A stretch of DNA of 64,000 bases from a plasmid, in the sequence record NZ_CP118109.1, one strand, 5' to 3'. The notes beneath the pieces are model-generated. The model made no database searches. It worked only from the letters and a program-made list of their open reading frames with translations, and was not told the DNA's origin. A program made the position numbers and the translations under genes. Below, one piece after another: positions 58,301-64,000 of this stretch. Each line of letters opens with the position of its first letter. Within the stretch, counting starts at the first letter, position 1.

Positions 58301-60709
58301 AATACCTGATGAGTCGCCCGCAATTGGCTTGTAATCAAACTCAGCTTCGTAACTGGTATAGTCATAGTATTTCTTTGCCACAACGCCACTGAACCGGCTG
58401 AGGTTGTATGTGTCATAGACGTATCCGCTGCCGAGTCGCCAAGACAGCTCGGTACCGCTACCGATGAAGTCTCCTTTGTCTCCTCCAGAAACGAACAATC
58501 CTTTTACGTCACCTTCATCATTCACTTCCACATTCGCTTTCCAGTTGACGGCGTACTCCAAATCCTTTTTCGTGACTTGTCCTTCCACGGACATTTCAAC
58601 TTCATAGTCCTTGATTGTTTCAAGCTTGCGGTCTTCTTTGATCGTGAACTCAAACTTCTTCGCTGGATAGGCATCAACACTCACCTTAAACGAAGACTCG
58701 TTATAGGTCACATAGAGATCGCCTTTATACTGAACGCTGTATTGGAATGCGATTTCTGGATAGATCATAATGGAATGGCGCTTCTTTCCGCGAAGACGTG
58801 CTGCATATTGGAATGGTTGGATGCTGTTTTCTAGCTGAGGCTTTTTCACCAACAGGTCGTCTTGATCTCCGATCCCTGAGTGGAAAGCATAATTTGGATC
58901 TTCTTCCCCACTTGTCCGAGTATACATACTCGTCAGCATTCCTGGGTTCTCAATATAGTTCGGTTCTTTTTCTACATCCGTCCATTGTTCTGGAGAATCT
59001 TCTGTCGGAATATAAATCGATCCATCTACAGCCTCGGTACTGAACGCCTGAATCCGGTTCTCGGATACATCGACATAAATCTGTTGCTTCAGCTCCCCTG
59101 CTTTGCAGATGATTGTGGCTTTGCCATTCGTGATAGCTTCAAACACAAGTCTGTTTGCATCTTCGTCTACGATATTAAGGCAACTGTTTTGCTGAATGTC
59201 CCATGTAATCGACCGGCTGCGACCATCATCATTTACGATAGCGGGATAGATCGACTTTCGCTCTCCTGGTGCCATGAGTATATTAGTTTCGGCAAAGTGC
59301 AGGATCGGTTGCGTCTGCCCTACGATATGGATCGTGGCTTCAGCTTCGTTATCATAAACACTTGCTTTTAGTCGGACGACTCCCGAGCCATAACCACCAA
59401 GTACGATATCTTTTCCCTTGTTGTTCTCCAATTGAACAAATTCAGCGCCTTCTACAATGTTCCACTCAATTAAGTAGTCATTGTGATCCATGCCAGCCAG
59501 TGTATTTTGATATTGGGCAGAAAGAGATATCTTGTCCCCTTGCACGATCGTTGCCTCTTCAGGCTGAACATGGAAGCGATACAAATGTTTATCTCGTATC
59601 GGCAGCTTTATGGTTGCCTCCACCACTTCGCTTGTCTTGCTAACAAGACGAACTTCCATCGTTAAAATACCTGAAGTACTAGGGATGATCATAAAAGTTC
59701 TCGTATCTAATTGGAGACTTACTTCACCGCCTTGCACATCATACTCACAGGTGGAAGTCTCGAAGATATCTCCATTCGTATACTCTGGCATCAAGTGGAT
59801 TTGAAAAGGCTGACCTACATAAAAGTTTTTACTATCCAAGGAAGTATGGATCACTGCTTTTGGCTTCTCTACACGGATCGGTGTTTCAGCGATGAATGTT
59901 CCTGCATAGTTAAAACGAATGTTGGTTTCACCAATACTCATGCCTTCAATCCAAATCTTATCTGATTCAACAGCAGAAACTCTTGCGATATTTCGGTTAT
60001 CAATGATGCCCTCAATAAGATCTGCCCTAACACCTAGAACACCTTCAACATCAAGAAAAATCGGAACAGGAATAGCCTCCCGATGAGTTACAACGATCTC
60101 ATTTACATTCACGCTTCCTATGACATTCTCAATCAGAGAAACATCAAAACCAAAGACTTCAATACCTTCCTCAGCAAGTTCCATAATTACATTCTCTTTA
60201 TTGCTGATAATTTCAAGGGATCGAATATCATAGCGAAGAGGGAACTCTATTTCACTATTGCGCTCAAGCAGCTGCTTAAGCTCAGTGCGGTTTAAAATCT
60301 TTGCTGTCTCTTTGGTGCCGTGGATGCTTGTGTCGATCTGCTCTGCTGTTATCCATTTTGTTTCGGTTGTTATCGGTACAGCTGCTCTGGATTCGATCCA
60401 AGCATAAACGGAATCAATGCCATCCTCATTTATTACGATTGATACATTAGGGTCTAGTGAGATCGCCGTATATCCTTGGATGACACTTCCCTCTTCGAGG
60501 TCAATAACTACGCTATCTAATTCGATATGAGCTTTGCTATCATAGCTTGTGTGCTGTTCATTAAGCACTCCGCGCCCCTCATATAACTTATCGTTATACC
60601 TCTCTCCATTTGGCTTCTCTACGTCAGCATAGACGGCGAATTGAAATGGGTGCTCCCACGTTGGGATAATCTCTGCTTTGATTTTATAATCGAAATTGAT
60701 TATGGCCAT
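52346..60709 (-). CDS. giant virion protein (2787 aa) with PA14 domain and N-terminal Ig-like repeats; candidate adhesin/receptor-binding fibre
   Basis: PA14 core GFAINWKGSIYAPVSGTYTFYSTSDDGFRLWIDKKLIIDKWV at about nt 53830-53990 (minus). AAGGAG RBS. Start codon overlaps stop of upstream gene (TAATG). Confidence 0.7.
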   Translation of the reverse strand: MAIINFDYKIKAEIIPTWEHPFQFAVYADVEKPNGERYNDKLYEGRGVLNEQHTSYDSKAHIELDSVVIDLEEGSVIQGYTAISLDPNVSIVINEDGIDSVYAWIESRAAVPITTETKWITAEQIDTSIHGTKETAKILNRTELKQLLERNSEIEFPLRYDIRSLEIISNKENVIMELAEEGIEVFGFDVSLIENVIGSVNVNEIVVTHREAIPVPIFLDVEGVLGVRADLIEGIIDNRNIARVSAVESDKIWIEGMSIGETNIRFNYAGTFIAETPIRVEKPKAVIHTSLDSKNFYVGQPFQIHLMPEYTNGDIFETSTCEYDVQGGEVSLQLDTRTFMIIPSTSGILTMEVRLVSKTSEVVEATIKLPIRDKHLYRFHVQPEEATIVQGDKISLSAQYQNTLAGMDHNDYLIEWNIVEGAEFVQLENNKGKDIVLGGYGSGVVRLKASVYDNEAEATIHIVGQTQPILHFAETNILMAPGERKSIYPAIVNDDGRSRSITWDIQQNSCLNIVDEDANRLVFEAITNGKATIICKAGELKQQIYVDVSENRIQAFSTEAVDGSIYIPTEDSPEQWTDVEKEPNYIENPGMLTSMYTRTSGEEDPNYAFHSGIGDQDDLLVKKPQLENSIQPFQYAARLRGKKRHSIMIYPEIAFQYSVQYKGDLYVTYNESSFKVSVDAYPAKKFEFTIKEDRKLETIKDYEVEMSVEGQVTKKDLEYAVNWKANVEVNDEGDVKGLFVSGGDKGDFIGSGTELSWRLGSGYVYDTYNLSRFSGVVAKKYYDYTSYEAEFDYKPIAGDSSGIADDDLIGLIFKARDKRNFYMLLIESHERARNSNRTGDNLEGFNIYTGTPEQWNARSVRGASYQTESEWRLYTQSMGWKTQHRRIYKVTDGVMSRVNVNDLGGGNGWDFNVMQSMMVRSMGKKVELHIRHSLSGDYAKIFEFNTDWEEGSFGMCNISQAVQFHGIRVREWNQIEGRIPETGYDKYTGIGSKTISSSGREYVKNQVVSKLSSPSQKYEVTEVAGELTDSSAGSITASVTGAIVVKSNNPPNAGEPITQKFTKSGQIRITPDNIDLNTAAEVYTNAQEFFKAELAKFKSDHPEMSASSVVPTFTLVKPAADDAEKDFTQERLLMWETEPEIVTTEIDYEHNVFAYEGWVAGRPLTDFVGGNWATYTLTFHDNSGTVNEQYDAWKWQNSGAVDIHHDPSDVLMLKTTEWYKGIFPADILNEGIVNSEEDSFVDIPPNHEHYIEPYLNTPMPGIYDNVHYLLYKEPIGKQTFTWMYWESQPGITTRNSGLPINQLTGKPIIKTDRQNDRVVVKCDEDPRYIPYTTGKEIGYGKVNGKRPFFGDSAGRANMVGVPTNTVFIPENMVNITGPYIEVSDERVSYNIDAGGKTVTFSSDFKDAYVWYTDWYTSWHEDERGFHADLNTTTTISDPISINPDDQEDYDDNVSIEGVEVISNNPFVSVWPTQAEGSSSGLLGTYYRYPQEIENVLEKFVVGGSFQIKEQVFVIEEAVAPVNTPGLPATETFIPGSAPVRGTIQGATESEVATVYVPAGKPILKIASNFMIDTGNKYPDLLVTAPNGEQFGVKYMNGTWSATGTTASDFLSCRQYTHSGDNGHAEVMTFTLPIEGTWIISVFNQGNAQTTYMVTTNIGTEVRKVLSLSYVPDPDSVSVKVNGTSITAFAMDRKDVIITAPIVNEDVIEVNYSAGGIKIKELPMQTDFPMYDVPPYKVLSVRKNDVEIPESTTNGYYIDGQTFKIRGSYVTPGVIRIRYGVGEIDNTFDLSNEPQLSPEVYLNGAKLDETKYSISGRILTVDKELLMPKDWVHLQSYRVAKRFDPQKENYLGNVKMSRIDPFINFNWGTQSPFTESLEPAGFRMMAVIPDQIKFNLNVEMEISYPSSEVIDTSNFTGVWNKFDENIGSDVGNWHGPPEAGYDKVTNLANQSYRSGWYNPEHVDMTDYDFEFLVQEINSGDNDMYGAIFRFSPATKNFYSFEWDADGMDVRGMAIYRNICTNPSQYGTAQLTYNKVKLAHLPEPWAYGGNQTNKIRVRVVGQSIQVYTNDVLKFDIVDNAPDALIAGAWGPVTRSQPNTYFWNFSTSKILKETIRKPMSAEKTKSLTDSLRTEEMVVNDQRMIEFFSSELNSFLSAHGFSRSDVSLQYFIKNDTSDYKTHFTTGGIVTSSDDAKVSATVITRPASTPEQPAWLDYREINRGHLPPDTSVDVYSPDQPEPYIDPIQPTDEGTPNDGFAINWKGSIYAPVSGTYTFYSTSDDGFRLWIDKKLIIDKWVLQSAMTHVGSIDLQGGKWYDFNANYFENEGTASVKLEWSHPATDRTMISPDFFTPRLGYAVNARVKEATPMPWSPMIHNGYYYFKDKEHYLYAKKTRHVMTPVDHQLLIQPRPQQGAPMIIRDNEGNILRKTAFYEEVFNEDGLLIDIQQTLTYKEELTGNGYGKYYLTYKGIDPDSLVVKLNGVTISADKYVFDAERSSIQFMNNIGNRDIMNFEYSLMYSYFVDYNHDPNNDVAKIVLHSNYDPDKMKDMEIIYEGDAFSPFYRAKEIALNPLLTHNHKGFLYLTNKILDTPKSVEINVSPKTLSSDGLGKVLVTGKVLDKYNNPIQNKNVDVYRDGELIYSGPTNRAGEIYVYDKPVPRAEMISAYQIICEDLNNQTLLNFYVPNMKDRYFLEVKTSKAAIQAGQDDKATVYITLRNENWENVAGERIKIVCRDTKGDITTSEMTTNVYGQAEWTISALNEQQGNITVTASYSMEGETASNFIYLKVIGA

Positions 60710-62151
60710 TAAAACTTCTCCTTCGCTAGGTCTAGTCTGAATGTGTAATCATCCCAGACTTTGATATCTGAATCCCAAATGTTTGGAAGATACCCGATCC
60801 CCGTCAGGTCTCTGCTGATCGTATCCCAGTATCCTTCATCCCAATTGAATTTCCCCCACATCACAGGCGCTACTTCATTGATGTAATTCACCCAATTGAT
60901 TAGCTTATCTGTTGCTTGCCCATCCTCACCGAACATCATTTTGTACAGCTCTTCGTCTTGTTTATCGTACAACTGATGCTTGAAGACATCTTTGATGATG
61001 GAAACGGTATGCTCTTTTCCTTCACGAAACGCCTGAACCATGATGTTTCCGAAACGATCTACTGCGTACATGTTGGACTCTATCTTCTGGCCATCCACAC
61101 GGATCGTGCGGTGGTCTAGCCCGCTGCCCTTGATGTACAAGTTCTTCGTATCGTTTTTCCACACGAATCTCCGGATTAAGCCAAGCTCGCGACCGAGTGC
61201 ATGGGTTAATCCCAACTCGCTGTTGTTTGCCGGGTAACGGAAAGCATCTTTGATGCGTTCACGATACTCTGCATTCCGCTCAAGTGTCAGACGTTTCACG
61301 CCGACTAAAAGCCCGAACTCATCAAAGGCATTCCAGATTAAATGAGGTGCCGGTGTTGATCGGAAGCCCTGCCGGTTATCAATATTCTCGACTACGCCTA
61401 GAATGGTTTCATATCGACGAATCGAGTACATGACTCGAGACTCGTAATCAATAATGACGCCCTTCTGCTCCATGTTATAAAAGAACTCTTTTAGTGAGCT
61501 TAAGATGGGAACCGGTTTACGAAGGTCAGCATCTTCTTGATCATAAATCGTTAGACTGTCTATAGATGAAATCTTAGGGATTGGATAGACATAAACCCAG
61601 TCCATCATATTCGGATCAAGCGTGTCGATGAATCGCTGGCGGCGAATATCTTTAAGATCACCCAAGCCTCTTTCAAATTGCATCCCGAAGTAGTTTAAAA
61701 ATCTCTGGCCAAGACTGAACTTCTTCCCGCGTAGCGTTGTCCATGTAGGAAATTCATCTGCCATGTACTGCGTATATTCTGAATAGAAATATTCGTTTAT
61801 GAATAGTCCAATAATAAGATTCCGTCCGCTGAGTGTCGCCTGGATGATTCGCTTGTCTTGATCGCATGTCGTTTCGACTAAGCGCCAATTGCTGATCTGG
61901 TCGTGAAAGCAGATAACTGAATGTGCTGCATCTGTATCACTCATTCGCTTTGAATAAGGAATCGTGATTCGAACCTGCTGATCGGCATTGGTGACCATTT
62001 TAAATTGCAGGGGAGTCTTCTCATAATCTGCATAGGCAATTTCTTCAGCAAACACATCGTGACTTTGAATGCCTTCTACCTGTTGCAGCTCTCCCGTAAT
62101 GGGCTGATCGCTTTCGAAAACTATATCATTGATCTCAAACCTATATTCCAT
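60709..62151 (-). CDS. structural protein (baseplate-like), first gene after promoter 62166-62192
   Basis: 480 aa. AGGAGG RBS immediately downstream of palindrome. Confidence 0.5.
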   Translation of the reverse strand: MEYRFEINDIVFESDQPITGELQQVEGIQSHDVFAEEIAYADYEKTPLQFKMVTNADQQVRITIPYSKRMSDTDAAHSVICFHDQISNWRLVETTCDQDKRIIQATLSGRNLIIGLFINEYFYSEYTQYMADEFPTWTTLRGKKFSLGQRFLNYFGMQFERGLGDLKDIRRQRFIDTLDPNMMDWVYVYPIPKISSIDSLTIYDQEDADLRKPVPILSSLKEFFYNMEQKGVIIDYESRVMYSIRRYETILGVVENIDNRQGFRSTPAPHLIWNAFDEFGLLVGVKRLTLERNAEYRERIKDAFRYPANNSELGLTHALGRELGLIRRFVWKNDTKNLYIKGSGLDHRTIRVDGQKIESNMYAVDRFGNIMVQAFREGKEHTVSIIKDVFKHQLYDKQDEELYKMMFGEDGQATDKLINWVNYINEVAPVMWGKFNWDEGYWDTISRDLTGIGYLPNIWDSDIKVWDDYTFRLDLAKEKF

Positions 62152-62165
62152 ACCGACCCTCCTTT

Positions 62166-62192
62166 CAATGTAATGCGTTACATTATACCATT
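62166..62192 (-). promoter_or_regulatory. TATAAT -10 box overlapping dyad CAATGTAACGCATTACATTG upstream of structural operon
   Basis: On the minus strand, GGTATAATGTAACGCATTACATTG then GAAAGGAGG RBS and ATG at 62151. Lies downstream of terminator hairpin 62217-62247. Confidence 0.6.
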
Positions 62193-62210
62193 ATAAAGCC
62201 TGCTTATGTA

Positions 62211-62256
62211 TAAAGAAAGGGTGTTCAGCGAAATGCTAAACACCCTTTTGTTTGTT
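62211..62256. terminator. bidirectional terminator hairpin downstream of 62260..62709
   Basis: 9-bp stem AAGGGTGTT/AACACCCTT flanked by A-rich run (minus-strand U-run) and TTTTGTTTG on +. Confidence 0.55.
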
Positions 62257-62259
62257 CGT

Positions 62260-62709
62260 TTATTCTTCTGTGGAACCGATTGTGTTCTTCTTCCGGTTGA
62301 TATGCTCTTGTCTATTCTGCAGGAACTTAGCGGATTTGTCATGAGCATATTCCAAATAGTTAATGAGCCAGTCTGCTTTTGCAGTTGTCCCATCTGTGAT
62401 TTGATGCATGCCTAGGATTCTATCCAGCTCAGTTTTCACTTCCATATCCTCAGCTGTAAGACTCATTCCGATCAGCTGCTTGTTTGCGATTCTCATGAAA
62501 GAGAATAAGATGAACTCCAAAGCGGCCGTGCCTTGATTAGGCTGAATCTTCTCAGAAGACATTTCAAACAATACTTTAGTTACCATAGCTTGTTCTGCTT
62601 CAGAAAGAGTAGCGTATACTTGCGGATTCATTTCACCGGATTCGATTTGACTGCGAAGGTCGGCTTCTTGTTTTACCTCTTCAGCTACTAATGCGATTCT
62701 TTCTCTCAT
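62260..62709 (-). CDS. hypothetical protein
   Basis: 149 aa. Followed by a bidirectional terminator hairpin. Confidence 0.5.
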   Translation of the reverse strand: MRERIALVAEEVKQEADLRSQIESGEMNPQVYATLSEAEQAMVTKVLFEMSSEKIQPNQGTAALEFILFSFMRIANKQLIGMSLTAEDMEVKTELDRILGMHQITDGTTAKADWLINYLEYAHDKSAKFLQNRQEHINRKKNTIGSTEE

Positions 62710-62722
62710 CGTAATCTCTCCT

Positions 62723-63871
62723 TTAGGACCAGGTTAGCCCGTAGTTATATAATTTTGAATTTAACGGCAGCTCTATTTTGATACAGATCTTATTGTCCTT
62801 TGGACTAATCGAATCGCTGAAATAGAATAACGTATCAGGAGTGATACTTTCCCACGTCACTCCGTTATCCCGTGAGATATGGTATAGAGCCCCCTCTGCT
62901 TCAGCAGATACGATCGCTTTGCTTGGGATGGCTTCGGCAATCTCTGGCGTGGTGATAACTACTCCAGCTGGATTATCGACTGGGTTTAAGCCTGCAGCTA
63001 CATAGAAATAATCGTAAGTGTTATTATAGTATCTCGACTGAATTGTAATATATGGAGTAGCGCCGCCATACCCCTGGTTAAGATTTCTGTTGCTTACAAT
63101 TTGCAGGCCGTTTATCCATATGTTCGCTACGCCTAACTCATTGGAAGCAATCAATTCAAACTCTTTCGTCGCATCAAATGTTCCGGCAGGGGCTAGTATT
63201 GTATTAGCTCCGAGGGTAATAGATCCATTTGGATTCGCTCTAATCCTATAGAAACTCCCTACATTAGCCCTTTCTGCAGAACAAATTGTTAGCTCCAAGA
63301 AGCCCTCTGGCTGGCCTTTTGTTCTGAGTTTTACTGTTATTGCACGAGAAGCAGTAAGGTTTCTTCTTAACGTGGCATTCCCGGATATCCAACTTGTGGT
63401 GGTAACTACTGTCGTTGTACCATCGGGATTCACTTCGAATCTTGCATTGGATGCTGTGAATCCAAGGGTAGTAGGAGAAACATCACCTTCCCATTTAGCT
63501 GTCCATGGTACGACTGATCCAAGTTGTGGAGTTACTTCCCCGAGTGCTGCATCCAGTTTATAGCTTGAGCTTCTGCTAGCATCAATACCTGAAGCATCCA
63601 GAAAGTCTTCGAAGACCATGTTGGTCAGCTTATATCGTTTGCTTTGAGCAATGACATTGAGCTTAGCATTTGCCTTCATAATGTTGACGGCATCTTGAAT
63701 GATAAGCTTGTCTGCCATGTACACTACATTCTGAATATAGTCTTCCAGCATATCAACACGCTCTTTTACACTCTCGTAGTCGCCTTGGACTCCTACCCCG
63801 AGTGTGGTGTTCCTCATCTTCTTCTCATCTGAGGCTGCCTTATTGGCCGTTCCATAACTAATTACATCCAT
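62723..63871 (-). CDS. structural protein (tail fibre/baseplate paralog family)
   Basis: 382 aa. C-terminus KLYNYGLTWS resembles the C-terminus of the next upstream partial gene (LELYGLSYSWT). AAGGAGG RBS. Confidence 0.5.
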   Translation of the reverse strand: MDVISYGTANKAASDEKKMRNTTLGVGVQGDYESVKERVDMLEDYIQNVVYMADKLIIQDAVNIMKANAKLNVIAQSKRYKLTNMVFEDFLDASGIDASRSSSYKLDAALGEVTPQLGSVVPWTAKWEGDVSPTTLGFTASNARFEVNPDGTTTVVTTTSWISGNATLRRNLTASRAITVKLRTKGQPEGFLELTICSAERANVGSFYRIRANPNGSITLGANTILAPAGTFDATKEFELIASNELGVANIWINGLQIVSNRNLNQGYGGATPYITIQSRYYNNTYDYFYVAAGLNPVDNPAGVVITTPEIAEAIPSKAIVSAEAEGALYHISRDNGVTWESITPDTLFYFSDSISPKDNKICIKIELPLNSKLYNYGLTWS

Positions 63872-63884
63872 CGTTTAATGCCTC

Positions 63885-64000
63885 CTTAAGTCCAAGAATA
63901 AGATAAGCCGTATAATTCAAGTCCGTTTTCAAGAATCGTTTTTATTTTTAATTCGTTACCTTCCGGTAGATCAGAAAGATTCGTCAGCTCATCTGGAGTT
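63885..64000 (-). CDS. partial CDS (C-terminal 38 aa) of structural paralog, runs off window end
   Basis: Open frame ending ...ELYGLSYSWT. Stop TAA at 63885-63887 overlaps the AAGGAGG RBS of the next gene. Confidence 0.4.

Noticed and set aside
1-64000. CRISPR arrays, integrase/attachment sites, IS elements, rRNA/tRNA genes
   Set aside because: No regularly spaced direct repeats, no tyrosine/serine recombinase motifs and no RNA gene signatures were found by inspection. A tRNA scan would still be worthwhile on the full genome.

Overview
The window looks like a contiguous stretch of a large tailed phage genome, probably from a Firmicutes host: every supported gene is on the minus strand, strong AGGAGG-type ribosome-binding sites (RBSs) are common, and GC is about 40-42%. 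No integrase, rRNA, tRNA, CRISPR array or mobile element was found. From low to high coordinates the window holds five gene groups. (1) The 3' end of a lysis/early cluster, with an N-acetylmuramoyl-L-alanine amidase endolysin. (2) A replication, recombination and nucleotide-metabolism block with many small unknown genes interleaved: a DnaE-type Pol III alpha subunit, a RemA/DUF370 homolog, two Cas4-like PD-(D/E)XK nucleases, a sigma-factor-like protein, a RusA resolvase, a subtilisin S8 protease, a MazG-like NTP pyrophosphohydrolase, a class Ib nrdI-nrdE-nrdF ribonucleotide reductase operon, an AbrB-like regulator, a DUF2829 (Tad2-like) protein, a DnaB-like helicase, an archaeo-eukaryotic-type primase and a Rad52/Sak-like single-strand annealing protein. 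(3) A holin gene about 28 kb away from the endolysin. (4) From about 30.7 kb onward, a virion/tail module with giant proteins of 1660, 1723 and 2787 aa (HExxH metallopeptidase plus vWA; PA14 plus Ig-like), at least six paralogs carrying discoidin-like signatures, and baseplate-like proteins. The three signals I would look at first are: (a) about ten copies of a dyad AAATGTAAYGCRTTACATTT placed immediately downstream of TATAAT -10 boxes at the 5' ends of transcription units, which looks like a phage-wide operator or leader-hairpin regulon; (b) a conserved N-terminal peptide M-E-L-[MLF]-x-x-Y on at least ten otherwise unrelated small proteins; and (c) a GC-rich, highly structured 160-bp non-coding element between the primase and helicase genes. 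Function calls are based on motifs I recognised by eye in the supplied translations; no database search was run.
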